Shown here piece by piece: positions 36,840 to 50,711 of a stretch of 61,056 nucleotides of DNA (its first letter is position 1; each line of letters begins with the position of its first letter). The notes below the pieces were generated by a model. It saw only the letters and a program-made list of their open reading frames with translations. It had not been told where the DNA came from and made no database searches. This DNA is from Chiloscyllium plagiosum (taxonomy: Eukaryota): contig NC_057755.1 of NCBI RefSeq assembly GCF_004010195.1, positions 6,868,529 to 6,929,584 on the forward strand, written 5' to 3'. A program made the position numbers and the translations under genes.

Positions 36840-39430
36840 GTTTAACTGTAGCAATAACAGGATGGTTCTGGTAGGGAGTTATAACTTTCCAACACAGACT
36901 GGGACCGCCATGGTATTAAGGATTTAGATGGAGAGGAATTTAAGTGTGTACAAGAAAATTTTCTGATTTAGTCTGTGCATATACCTACTACGGAAGGTGC
37001 AAAATTTGACCTACTCTCGGGAAATAAGGCAGGGCAGGTGACTGAGGTGTCAGTGGGAGAACACTGTGGGACCAGCGACTATAATTATACCAGTGTTAAA
37101 ATAGTGATGGAAAAGGATAGACCAGATCTAAAAGTTGAAGTTCTAATTTGCAGAAATGCCAATTTTGATGGTATTAGGCAGGAACTTTCAAAAGCTGATT
37201 GGAGGCAGATGTTCACAGGTACAGGGGCGGCGGGAAAATGGGAAGCCTTCAGAAATGAGATAACGAGAGGCCAGAGAAAGTATATTCCTGTCAGGGTGAA
37301 AGGGAAGGCTGGTAGGTATAGGGAATGCTGAATGACTAAAGAAATTGAGAGTTTGGTTAAGAAAAAGAAGGAAGCATATGACAGGATAGATTGAGTGAAT
37401 CAGGAGGGCAAGAAGGGGACATGAGATAGCTTTGGCAAATCGGGTTAAGGAGAATCCAAAGGATTTTACAAATACATTAAGGACAAAAGGGTAACTATGG
37501 AAAGAATAGGGCCCCTCAAAGATAAGCAAGGCAATCTGTGTGTGGAGGCAGGGTGGTAGACGTGTTCTGTATAGATTTCAGTCAGGCCTTTGATACGTTT
37601 CCACATGGTAAGCTGATCTAGAAGGTTAGCCCGTATGGAATTCGTGGTAAGCTGGCAAATTCAACACACAATTTGCTTGATGGTAGGAAGCAGAGGGAAA
37701 TAGTGGAAGGATGCTTATCGGACGGAGGCCTGTGTCTCGTGGAGTGCCTCAGGGGTGTGTGCAGGGACCATTGCTGTTTGTTATCTGCATTAATGATGTG
37801 GGTGGGATCTACAGAGCATGTTGAGTACGTTTGCTAATGACACTAAAATAGGCCGCATTGTGGACAGCGAGGAAGGTTATCAAAAACAGCAGCAGGATCT
37901 TATTCAGCTGGGGACGTGGGCCGAGAAATGGTAAATGGAATTTAATATCGATACGTGCGAAGTCTTACATTTTGGAAAGTCAAATCAAGGTAGGAGTTTC
38001 ATGGTGAATGGTAGGGCCTTAAGGAGTGGAGTGGAACAATGGGAACTTCGAGTTCAGTTGCAAGATTCTCGTAAGGGGGCGTCCCGAGTCGACAGGGCAG
38101 TGAGGAAGGCTTTTAGCACATTGGGCCTTCATCAGTCAGGGTATTGAGTATAGAAGTTGGCAAGTAATTTTGCAGTGATACTGTTCGGTGGTGAGGCCGC
38201 ACCTGGAGTATTGTGTTCCGTTTTGGTCACCTTGCTATTGGAAGGATGTTATTAAAGTGGGAAGACTGCGGAAGAAATGTACAAGGCCCTTGCCAGGACT
38301 GAAGGGACTGAGTTATAGGGAGAGTTGGACAAACTCGGGCTTCTATTTCTTTAGAGCGGAGGAGGCTGAGGGGGGAGCTGATAGAGGTGTCTAAGATCAT
38401 TCCAGGCATGTCTAAGGTCAATGCACACAATATTTTTACCAGGGTTGGGGAAGTGAGGATGATAGGACATCAGTTTAAGGTTAGAGGGGAAAAAAATAAC
38501 AGGAACCTAAGGGGCAACTTTTCTTTACACAGCGAGTGTTCAACAGATGGAATGAGATGCCAGCAGATGTGGTTGAGGTGGGTACATTAACATTATTTAG
38601 AAGAGCACTTGGACAAATACATGGATAGGAAAGGATTAGCAGGGCCAAGTGCAGGGAAATAGGGTTAGTGTGGACGGCCATTTTCCCAGCAGGGACCAGT
38701 TTGGGCCAAAGGGCCTGTCTCCGTGCTGAAGAACTCGATGATTCTCAGTAACAAAGAGGACTGATGAGGGGAGAACGGTGGATGTAATCTATATGGCCTT
38801 CAGTAAGTTGGTCAGCAACATTTCTCAAGGTGAGCTCACAAGGAATACAGGGAGTACTAGACATTTGGATATAGAACTGGCTCGAAGGTAGAAGACAGAG
38901 GGTGGTGGTGGAGGCTTGTTTTTTTCAGACTGGAAGCCTGTGACCGTTGGAGGCCACAACGATCGGTGCTGGGTCCGCTGTATTTGGTCATTTATTTAAA
39001 TAATTTGGATGCGAACATAGGAGATATAGTTTGTAAGTTTGCAGGTGGCATCAAAAATGGAGGTGCAGTGGGCAGCATAGAAGGTTACCTCTGAGAGTAA
39101 AGAGATCTTGATCAGATGAGCCCATTGGCCAGGGAGTGGCAGATGGAGTTTAATTTGGGTAAATGTAAGGTGCTGCCTTTTGGGAAGATAAATCAGAGCA
39201 GGACCTATACACATCATGGTCAGGTGCTGGGGAACATTGCTGAACAAAGAGACCTTGGATTTCAGGTTCATATTTCCTTGAAGATGGAGTCTCAAGTTGA
39301 TAGGAGAGTGAAGAAGGCATTTTGTATGCTTTCCTTTATTGGTTAGAGCATCGAGTATAGCAGATGGGAGGTCATGTTGTGGGGGTTCAGCACATTGGTT
39401 CCAACATGTTTCGATTATTGTGTGCAATTA
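36840..39430 (+). mobile_element. Cluster of CR1 ORF2 fragments
   Basis: Peptides PTTEGAKFDLLSGNKAGQV, MEFNIDTCEVLHFGKSN, VRPHLEYCVPFWSP, WQMEFNLGKCKVL. Confidence 0.88.
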
Positions 39431-39582
39431 TGGATGATGTTGCAGTCAGAAATGTGAAGGATAGCTATTGCCCAAGCAGAGACGCAGAGGTGAACTCAGT
39501 TTAAACTGTCTCCATCACACCCCACCCCCCACACACCACACACACGCACATGGACACTCAGAAATACATAGTCTTGAACACT

Positions 39583-40200
39583 TGACTGTGTTACAATAGC
39601 ATCAATGTATATCCGGCTCTGAATTCTGAACAGGAACTGAACTCTTGCACAATTTCAACACCAAGTTCTTCGTTTGACTTTCTGTATTCTGTATTCATTC
39701 TCTGCTGGATTCCTGGTTCTAAACATTCGCATGAACAGATGTCCTCATTCCATGGGCAACGTCCTGTTCCCAAACGCAGCGTATGATTTCATTCTGGTGT
39801 GTGATACAGGAGATCCTCAGTGTCAGGGGGAAGATCAGACTCTCTCACTTACAATCTCACAATCGTTCTCTCTGACACCGTCTCTCTCTCTCTCTTGACT
39901 GTGTTACAATAGCATCAATGTATATCCGGCTCTGAATTCTGAACAGGAACTGAACTCTTGCACAATTTCAACACCAAGTTCTTCGTTTGACTTTCTGTAT
40001 TCTGTATTCATTCTCTGCTGGATTCCTGGTTCGAAACATCCGCACGAACAGATGTCCTCATTCCATGGGCAACGTCCTGTTCCCAAACGCTGATTTCATT
40101 CTGGTGTGTGATACAGGAGATCCTCAGTGTCAGGGGGAAGATCAGACTCTCTCACTTACAATCTCACAATCGTTCTCTCTGACACCGTCTCTCTCTCTCT
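39583..40200 (+). repeat. Tandem direct duplication, period 313 bp
   Basis: Near-identical ORFs 39591..39773 and 39904..40086, offset by 313. Confidence 0.92.
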
Positions 40201-40369
40201 CTCTCTTTCCACACCGCACTCCCATGTATAACCTATCTCTTTCTCTTACATACACACAATCACGGATCCATTCTTGAGTCTAAATGAGACAAAGGACACG
40301 AGGGAAAAATGGATTATGGAATTGAGCGTAATGATCCCACTCGCTCTCATACACAACTGTACAATCTCT

Positions 40370-40710
40370 TGTTCTAAACTGGAGAAAGGCCAATGTTGAC
40401 GGCGTTGGCAGGAACTTTCAAAAGCTGATTAGAAGCAGATGTTCACAGGTATAGGGACGGCTGGAAAATGGGAAGCCTTCAGAAATGAGATAATGCGAGG
40501 CCAGAGAAAGTATATTCCTGTCAGGGTGAAAGGAAATGCTGTTAGGTATAGGGAACACTGCATGACTAAAGAAATTGAGAGTTTGGTTCAGAAAAAGAAG
40601 CAAGTATATGTGAGGTAATGATGGGATAGATGGAGTGAATCCTTCGAAGAGTAGAAAGGCAGTAGGAGTATACTTAAGCGCTAAATCAGGAGGGTAAGAA
40701 GAGGACATGA
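40370..40710 (+). mobile_element. CR1 ORF2 fragment running into a gap
   Basis: Near-copy of 37140-37425. Confidence 0.8.
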
Positions 40711-41210
40711 NNNNNNNNNNNNNNNNNNNNNNNNNNNNNNNNNNNNNNNNNNNNNNNNNNNNNNNNNNNNNNNNNNNNNNNNNNNNNNNNNNNNNNNNNN
40801 NNNNNNNNNNNNNNNNNNNNNNNNNNNNNNNNNNNNNNNNNNNNNNNNNNNNNNNNNNNNNNNNNNNNNNNNNNNNNNNNNNNNNNNNNNNNNNNNNNNN
40901 NNNNNNNNNNNNNNNNNNNNNNNNNNNNNNNNNNNNNNNNNNNNNNNNNNNNNNNNNNNNNNNNNNNNNNNNNNNNNNNNNNNNNNNNNNNNNNNNNNNN
41001 NNNNNNNNNNNNNNNNNNNNNNNNNNNNNNNNNNNNNNNNNNNNNNNNNNNNNNNNNNNNNNNNNNNNNNNNNNNNNNNNNNNNNNNNNNNNNNNNNNNN
41101 NNNNNNNNNNNNNNNNNNNNNNNNNNNNNNNNNNNNNNNNNNNNNNNNNNNNNNNNNNNNNNNNNNNNNNNNNNNNNNNNNNNNNNNNNNNNNNNNNNNN
41201 NNNNNNNNNN
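40711..41210. other. Assembly gap (500 N)
   Basis: N run. Confidence 1.
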
Positions 41211-41535
41211 GTATCCAAAATGGTGTACTTGCTGTTGAGGGGTACGGCCACAGGGAATACTACAATATCTGCCAGTTCCCTTTCTATCCCCTTACGGTAA
41301 CCCATCTACTTTCTTCTTGTACCTGACTACATGCCTGGAATGCCTGCCAATGATTCCCTCCACCTCCTGAAATGAGCTGAAGGTAATCCAGGTCCTGCCC
41401 CAGTTCCCTAATGTGGTTTTCGCGGAGCTGGTGTTGGGTGAACTTCCTGCAGATGCGGTCAGGAGACACACGAGTGATGACACTTACCTCCCGCATTCTG
41501 CAGGAGGAACATTTCACTGCCTCAACATCCATTCC
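41211..41535 (-). mobile_element. CR1 ORF1 N-terminal fragment (zinc finger / leucine zipper)
   Basis: Peptides EAVKCSSCRMREV...PDRICRKFTQHQL.ENHIRELGQDLD and PVAVPLNSKYTILD. Confidence 0.7.
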
Positions 41536-43821
41536 CACATAACACATCTAAAGAGCGTCAATTCAGATGTATGGGCAAAACAAAATGTAGTCTGTGCCTA
41601 TCACTTTATCGCTGTCCATAACCTCATGATGAAGAGCTTTTGCCCGAAACGTCGATTTTCCTGCTCCTCGGATGCCACCTGACCTGTTGTACCTTTCCAG
41701 CACCACACTGTCGATCATATCCTCATGTAGTTTGCTCTCTTGCACTGCATAATTATTATTTTTTAACGTGGAACTCCCGAATTAAATCAGGCAATGAAGA
41801 ATTGTACAAAACAAATTGATTAATTTATCACGAAGCCATATATGTTTCAGTAATGTATTGCCATGGAATGGTGATGAAGAGGACGTTGGGTGGACATGTC
41901 ACTGACATTGCCGGGATATGAGAGAGTGATTTGTAAGTCATCTCAATTAATTGTTCTTGGCACGGAGGACAAGGGCAAGCAGTTTCTGTTCATGGTTTGC
42001 AAGGCAGTACTTCTGGAATATGGTCTTCAGTTCCAGCTACCGTACATTTAGAAGGATATGAAGCCAGTGAGTTGATTAGAACTAGGAGCAGGGGGAGGCC
42101 TTTCAGCTCCTCGATCATGTTCCAACATTTTTTGCCATCATGGCTGATCTCATCTCGGTCTAACTTTGTGACCCACTCTCCACAGCCCAGCAGCGCATTA
42201 CTCATTACAAAATCTTTCTAACGCTTCCTTAAACTTACACCTTGTCCCAACATCGACTGTGCAATGTGCGTCTGAATTAAACAGATTCATGGTTCTTTGA
42301 GCGAATTAAGTCCATCCCAGCTGGTTTTAACTCTGCTTCCTCTTCTCCTAAAACTGTGGACTCTCTTCTAGACTGTGCCAGCAAGAAAATGTTCAGTCAA
42401 AAACTACTCTGCTGATTCTGTTTAACTTGCGATGTGCCGCAATTAGTTCTCCCATCTATTACAGAGACGATCGGATTAAGCTACTTAGTTTCCCTTCTAA
42501 TGATCAAACCCTCTGGCATCCATAGAGGGAACCCTTTCTGACCTGCCTCCACTGCAAGGATAGAGTTCCTCATTTAAGGAGTCTGAAATGTTAAGTAGTA
42601 ATCCATGTGCAGACTCTCTAAGGCCTTGTATAGTTGCAGCGTCACCTCCCTATTTTGAAACTTCATCTCAGTAGCAATAAGTGAGAATTTTCCAGTTGCT
42701 TTAATGCCTGCCTGCTCTACCTGCGAATTGAAGGTCGCCAATTTGTTTACAAATGCAATCCTATTTGAATGACTGAATCACCTATTCTTGCCCCTATTTC
42801 TGGTGTGTCTAAGAGATCTTCACTGAGCATGTTGTCAGAAACTGCAACAAAGCAGTAGCAGGGTTTTAGATATCACTTTCTGCGCTGTGACAATTCAATG
42901 ATTGTATGAAACAACAGAATATTACTTTCTTACCAGGAATGCCAAAGGCTGCCAGGATCGGATAGTAAATTATCTTTATCTGTACAATTGTTGGCTGCAC
43001 CATTCTCTGATGAATGTTGGAAACAGACCCAGATCAATGGATTCACTTGCAATGCATTTGAGGTCAGTCAATTGTCCTTATTTATAGAGCAATATGTCCC
43101 TTGTTGAGGACAAAGTAAACGTGATGCAACACTATCAGAATAATGTTCACTGAGGAGATTTTTGCTGCTCCATTTCACTCACGTGTTCATGAGGAGATGA
43201 CGCAGCTTAAAAACAGATATAACTTTCACCAAAATGAACAAATGGAATATCATCACAGGACGAAGGTGATTGGCATACCCACAGAGGAACAGACATAACT
43301 AATAATTATTTGTAATTTTCTTGGCTTCCTTTCAGTTCTGGTTAACGAGACAAATCATTAAGCATCCTTTGTCTCATTCATTTAGGTACTAACATAGACA
43401 GTTTATTTTGGTCGTGAGAATTAGGGTCATTGATCATTGATTGTGGTGACCATTCCTTTGATATTACTGGACGGTGCATGACATACACTTATTGTTGTAG
43501 ATTCGTGACTACTTTTCCCAGGGATAGCTGTGGAGGCATTATCCTTGTGTATATTTAAGGCCGAGATAGATAGGTTCTCATCAGGAGGGGAGTCAAAGGT
43601 TGAGGGGAAAGGACAGAACAGAGGACATGAGGAGTCTCCAGTCATCCATGAACCTATGGAAGAGCAGTTCAGGCTAGAGGGGCTGAGTGGCTGATTGTTG
43701 TTGCTATTTCTTATGGCCTTCGGATATGGAACGCTCTTGAATTACTGCTGCAATGAAATTAAGATAAAAATAAGGACAAGATGGTTGAGCAACATTTAAA
43801 AACAAGACTTATACAGAATAA

Positions 43822-44142
43822 TGTGGGCGGCACGGTGGCACAGTGGTTAGCACTGCTGCCTCACAGCGCCAGAGACCTGGGTTCAATTCCCGACTCAGGC
43901 GACTGACTGTGTGGAGTTTGCACATTCTCCCAGTGTCTGTGTGGGTTTTCTCCGGGTGCTCCGGTTTCCTCCCACAGACCAAAGATGTGCGGGTCAGGTA
44001 AATTGGCCATGCTAAATTGCCCGTAGTGTTAGGTAAGGGGTAAATGTGGGGGTATGGGTGGGTTGTGCTTCGGCGGGTCGGTGTGGACTTGTTGGGCCGA
44101 AGGGCCTGTTTCCACACTGTAAGTAATCTAATCTAATCTAAT
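43822..44142 (+). mobile_element. Full-length, young HE1-type tRNA-derived SINE
   Basis: A-box TGGCACAGTGG, B-box GGTTCAATTCC, (TCTAA)3 tail, possible TAATG target duplication. Confidence 0.93.
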
Positions 44143-44794
44143 GCTCGGCGAGGAAAAGGCAGAAACTCTATATTATGTGCTTGTTTCAAAGTTTTCCATT
44201 GACACCAGGTTAATTGAATATAAGATAAATATTCTAAATCCAATCATTCCTTTCAACAGTAATTAACTGATCAAGCTCAACTCAAAGCTTTTGAATGGGA
44301 TGTAATTAAATAGTTCAGGAGAGACACAGCAATGGCATAATTATATCACTATATATTACTAAAGTCTTGGCAATATCTGATGCGATTCCTAAGTTTCTAT
44401 TACTAAATTGCCCGTAGTGTTAGGTTAAAGGGGTAAATGTGGGGGTATGGGTGGGTTGTGCTTCGGCGGGTCGGTGTGGACTTGTTGGGCCGAAGGGCCT
44501 GTTTCCACACTGTAAGTAATCTAATCTAATCTAATGCTCGGCGAGGAAAAGGCAGAAACTCTATATTATGTGCTTGTTTCAAAGTTTTCCATTGACACCA
44601 CGTTAATTGAATATAAGATAAATATTCTAAATCCAATCATTCTTTTCAAGAGTAATTAACTGATCAAGCTCAACTCAAAGCTTTTGAATGGGATGTAATT
44701 AAATAGTTCAGGAGAGACACAGCAATGACATAATTATATCACTATATATTACTAAAGTCTTGGCAATATCTGATGCGATTCCTAAGTTTCTATT
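44012..44794 (+). repeat. Tandem direct duplication of ~390 bp (44012-44401 / 44403-44794) beginning inside the SINE
   Basis: Two near-identical copies with a few substitutions. Confidence 0.92.
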
Positions 44795-47359
44795 GCCCGA
44801 CTGGTAAAATTTTAATTCTGACGATATCGATATTAGAGAAACGTGTTTACCTCAATTTTGAGAAGGAAGGTCATGGCTTGACAAGTTATTAACGTTGTTA
44901 AAGGTACAATTGAAATAGTTGAAAGGGCTAACCATGCAACCGTTGCAAGTTTTAAGATCGAAATTGCACTGAGAAAGTTACCCTTTTAGTGGCTGAGAAA
45001 GTACATCAAGAAAATGACGAATCATTGAACAACTCACTAAATCTCGGGCGTTCCGGAGACAAAGATTGAACAGGGAGAAGTGGTTAAACGTAACTGTTAC
45101 CTGCATCCACTCTGGCCCCTCTCCGTTTCTCTCTATCGAGGGTCTGGCTATTGTAATGTAAAACATGACAGTAAAACCGTGCCCACCAAACCTTATGCAA
45201 GATTCAGTCTCCGTTGATTGAAGTAAAATACATGGGCGGGGTGGGGTGTTGAAATCACCGAATGTGGACGATGTTATCTGCACAAGTAGGTAAGCAATAA
45301 AGTCAACACAACACTCACTGATATCGAAAGTGATGATTGGTGTTTTGTAGATCAACTATGAAAGATGCAGGTCTCTCTGAGTGACAACTGTTTCAAAGAC
45401 AACATTTCGCTGATATAAATAAATTTCAGACCAATCAGTGGGCAAGGTACAGACTTCAAAGAAAGGAACTGACTGTATTTGATGACCGAGCACTCACCAT
45501 AATACACCCGCAAACACACACTCTAAAACAAACTAATGCAAACACTGACACCCTCTAACATGAAACGTTATTACACTAACTAGCACACTCGAACAATCTA
45601 ACACACCAACTACCATACTAACACGCACACTAACACATTAACACACACACACTGCTCCATGTTACCTCAACAATATGACAATACCAAGAATTTAGGTTCA
45701 TAGCAGATTCAGGAGTAGATTAGACAAAGATAAACTATTTTCACTATTGAGGGATTCTAGAGCGAGGGTACATCATCTTCAAATTCGGGACCGAGCGTTC
45801 AGGAGAAATGTTAAAAAGCGTTTTTGTATACAATGGATAGTAGAGGAACTCTCTTTCACAAACAGCAGTGGATGCTGGATCAATTGTTCATTGTATATCT
45901 GAGATGGAATTTTTTTTGTTAAACAAAGGTACCAAGGGAGTTGAGCCAAAGGCAAGTATATGTAATTAGGCCACAGATTAACCATGACCTCATTTTATGA
46001 AAGAACTGGCTTGAGGGGCTGAATGGCCTCCTCCTGTCCAAACCTCTGATGTTGCTTGAATCAACATTCCCAGATTTGTCTTCAGCGCGCTATTTGTAAT
46101 GCCAACATGCTTGATTTTTGTGGAACCCCATGTCACACTACAGGGTTCTGTGTTCCCCTAAACTGGTGCTGATGCACTGTTATACTACCGAGTAATGACC
46201 CACCATTTACTGAAGTGATGAAACTGTCGGCCCAGCAATGCTGCAAGCCTACACTCACCATAATGTTGCAAATGTTCGCACATTACTTCTGGGATCGTGC
46301 ACTTCCAACGGCTGTGAAGCTACTTATGTGCCTCCCGGTACACTCTGCCACACACACAATACGATCGGGCTGTCATAGAGTTAAACCCAACAGTTACAGA
46401 CAGGTCAATGCTACAGCAATAGGGCGCATCAAAGGTTTCTCATCCATCTCTTATTACACATTGCCAGTGCAGTGAGACTTGAAACCAGAACTCCTCGCTC
46501 AGGGTTAGCGACACTGCCACTAAGCCACAAATGCCCTAAAGCAGCAAAAGTGACCTGTGCTCCTGTTTGAGCAACTACCCCTGTTGCATGCTGACAGTGA
46601 CCCAACTGCAATGTTAAAGAACACAAGTGGCCTATAGTTCTGAACCATGCTGAGCAGATTCTACTGTCCCTGAGATCTGCAGAACAACGAAAAGGCCTTT
46701 CAAACCATCAAATGGAGGGCAGAGACAAAGCAGTAATTCTTCTGATCCGATTTAGTTGAGGTTGGCACTCAACCTGGTGCTGCCTTAATACCAGAAAGGC
46801 TGTTAACTTCTTGAAGCTTCCCACTCGATCACTCCTTAACCTTTTCAGTTATAAAAGAAAACAAGGAAACAAGAGGCACTGTTTTCTGCTTATTTAGCAA
46901 GAGTTAGAATGGAGCGATATCCCAGTCCACATGGAAACAGGGGAATTTCTTTCCAGAAACTTTGCAATTGCACGACTAATGATGCATTATCATCTGGCGC
47001 ATCGAGCAGAACAACGCTGTAGAACTAAGTTGTTGAAAGACTGTCAGGGATACTAATTACCAATTACCTCTTGGATTCCTTTAAGGGATTATCTGTCGTT
47101 AAATATGATAGCTGGGGAGCGTAATCATTCTCCCTCATATTCATTAAACTCCCCAATACCAATCGATCCTATTCTGTGTGCTACCGGCGAAGTCAATCCA
47201 GTTCCACCCGTTCAGAATTCGCGTCAGCACCCGACACAGCTTTGATCTCTTGGCTCAGCATCAGCAATCCCTATGCTTGCCTCTGGTATTTTTGTACGTC
47301 GCTATTTCCTCCTTGGGGAGCCCTCTGTCTGTCAGATACTCGTTGGGGATTGACATGGT

Positions 47360-49650
47360 TGTGTCAAATCCCAAGCCCCAGTTACTTTAGCCCCAGGCTT
47401 CAAACCTGTTTAAAAACGACAGGGCCACAATCCGACAGGACCCAGTTAACCAGCGGCCCAATGAAAAACCAAACGTCTACCCACCCTCCCCGCCAAACTC
47501 AACCCCAGACAGGAGATGAATCCTCGTGGTAATACATAGATAAAACTCACCTGAACCCCACAGCGTGCAGCCTGTGAAACAGGCCTCATGACTGGGTCCC
47601 TCTCTGGAGAAAGCACTTGTTTGAAGGTTTCCTGGGCCCAAACTCTCTCTTTCTTCGAATCTTCAAGTGGCCAGAATGATTCCTTTTGGAGTAAAGAGGC
47701 AACATTAGTTGAAATGCAAAAGAGCAAGATCTTTTACAGAGAGATTGCACAGCAAGATTCCAGGTTTTCCTCTCTCAGTGACACAATCTCTCAACAATAT
47801 CTAAACACAAACTTATCGGGAGATGAGTTGAGTTTCATGTTGAAAATTTTTTTTTGAAATGATGGGTTAGCTGACTAAACCACTCACAACCTGCAACAAT
47901 GGCGTTTCAGCATCTGACGCACAGCAGCATCCTATATGTGACAATGCTGCTGCACCGCGATAATCTGATCATTTTTTATTTCCCTCTGTGATGCTGGTTC
48001 AGTTTAACTATTTCCTATCACCCCAGAATTGAACATTACAAGTATTTCACAATCTCACAATGCCTCTCCATCTCTCTCTCCTTCTATTTCTCCTGCTCTC
48101 CCCATTTTTCAATTCTTTCTCTCACTCCCTTTCTCTCCATGTCAAATTTTATCATCCTGCCCTCTCTATGATCCACCTTACTCTGACAGTGTGACAAGTA
48201 TTTCCAGACGGTCAGATATTTTGGGTTTTAATTCCATCCTGAGGGAGTCCTGCCTCCCAGATCCTGGGGGTTAACCTGTTTGTGTCACAATCCCAAGGCC
48301 CCAGTTTCTCTCACTCCAGCCTTTAAAACTGCTTTTAAAACGACAAGGCTGCAAACTGACAGGACCAGTTAAACAGAAGCCACTAGAAACCAGGCTCCCC
48401 ACGCTCCCAACCCCAGACCCACCCACACCCCCAGAGGAGATGAAACCTCGGGATAATAAGCAGACCACAACTCCCATGGGCCCCAGAGAGTGCAGCTTGG
48501 CAAACAGGCCTAAGGCCCGTGCTCCCCTTCTGGAAGTTGTGCTTGTCCAAGGCTTTCCTGGCCCCAATTATTTTGGATCTTCACTTTGCAGCTTTCCCAA
48601 CAAAAAGTCCTTGGTTAATAAAGAGAAAAGCTAAGTTGTAAGCGGGGAGAGGGAGACCGAGCACATTGATGCAAAATTACACAGCAAGATCCCAGGTTTA
48701 GACGCTCCCCTCTTCATCATCCCCAACGCACTGCGTAAAATCACAGCAACATCATAATTCAAACAAATAATAAGACTGCAATTAACCCGAGACTGAAACA
48801 TTTATAAACATACACAAACAAACTTAACCAGACTGGGAGAGTTGTTCACTCTCAGGAGAGAGAGAGAGAGACAGAGAGAGAGAAAATGAGAGAGAGAGAG
48901 CAGGGTTTGTGAATGAATCTGACCAGCTCCTCTCCACATTTATTCTCATTGAGTGGTTTGTGGACACCACCCCAGCAATCTCTGACATATTGCAATGCCT
49001 GTCAGTCTGCTCCCTTGAGAGGGCTCTGTGTGACCGAGATGTTAATTCCTGGGACAGGAGCCTTGTTGGATCTTGCTGCCCACTGCTTTGTTAGTCGTGT
49101 CAGTGCAGTTTGAATATATCAAACATTGGGCCTACACTATTGTACAAGAGCCTGACTGTAGACACCCTGACACAAACAGGGCTGGGAAGAGAGGCAGACA
49201 TTTGCTGAGGATCTCTCAGGATTTTCTTGCCGTAAGGGCGATTCCCACAATTAAACTCTCTCTCTCTCTGTCCCTATTTCTCTCTGTCTCTGTCTGTATC
49301 TCCCTGCCCTGTTCTACATGCAATCATTTCTATCTTGACTTTCATTCCCTTATTTACTTTCCCTTTCTCAAAAATATTGGCAGAATTTAGGAATTTAAAA
49401 CATTGATCACATTCCTGACCCTCAACACACACATTTCACCCTCTCTAGTGCCTCATCAGTCCCCCAACACACACTCCCCCAACATAGGGCTGGACTGTAC
49501 ACAGGATTTGTCAGGAGGTGTCTCAGTGAGGGTCAGAGCTCAAGTATTGTCACTGAAATGTCTGTGCGTTTGTGTGTGTCGGAGAGAGAGAGAGAGCGCA
49601 AGCACGAGAGAGAGTGATTGAGAGAGATACCATGCCTCGGTGTGCGTATG
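47360..49650 (-). repeat. Locally duplicated module, copy 2
   Basis: Same anchors in the same order as 25020-26830. Confidence 0.85.
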
Positions 49651-50711
49651 TCTGTGTGAGAGAGGGATTGTCTGTGTCACTGAGAGGAGAAAACCTGGGA
49701 TCTTCCCGTGCTATCTCCCTGTAAAAGATTTTCCTCCTTTGCCTTTCAACTAATTCTGCCTCTTTCCTCCCAAAGGGATCTTTTCGGCTACTTGAAGATT
49801 CAAAGAGAGAGAGTTTGGGGTCTGGAAATCTTCAAACACGAGCTTTCTCCAGAGAGGGTACCGGACCTAAGGGCTGTTAGACAGACTGCTCCAGGTGGGG
49901 CCCACATGAGTTTTGTCTGTGTGTTACCCCGAGGCGTCATCTCCTCTCTGGGGTGGGGGATGGTTCCTGGCTTTTTACAGGTGAAAGTGAGGACTGCCGA
50001 TGCTGGAGATCAATGTCCAGATTAGAGTGGTGCTGGTCAGGCAGCATCCAAGGAGCAAGACCCAGGGGATGATCGCTCACTCTCTCACGCACATGCACAC
50101 AGGCATGATCTCTCTGTCTCTGTCTCTCTCTCTCTCTCACAGTCTCTCTCTCTCAGACACACACATACGCATATACAGAGACACACACACACACATACAG
50201 ACATACACACACACACACAGGCATGGTGTCTCTCTCTCTCTCTCTCACAAGTATTGTCACTGAAGCATCTATGGGTGCTTGTGTGTGTTTGTTTGCGAGA
50301 GATAGAGACCAACACACACATTTCTGTGTGTGTGTGAGAGAGAGACCATGCCTCTGTTAACCAGAGGCCTGTAAAAATATACATCCCGCCCTCCTCCCGG
50401 ACTGGAGATTAAACCTCGGGTTAATACACAGACAAAACTGACCTGGACCCCACTGTATGCAGGCTGTCAAACAGGCCTCAGGACTGAGATCCCCTCTGGA
50501 GAAAACTCTTGTTGGAAGGTTTCCTGGTCCTAAACTCTCTCGCTTCAAATCTTCAAGTGGCCAGAAAGTTCCCTTTGAGAGGAAAGAGGCAACATTAGTT
50601 GAAATGCAAATCAGGAAAGTTTTATACAGAGAGATAGCACAGCAAGATCCCAGATTTTGACCACTCAGTGACACAGGCAATGTCTCAGCAACATCCCAGC
50701 ATCCACATATC

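Noticed and set aside
43822..43895. tRNA gene
   Set aside because: It is the tRNA-derived head of a SINE, followed by the SINE body and tail.
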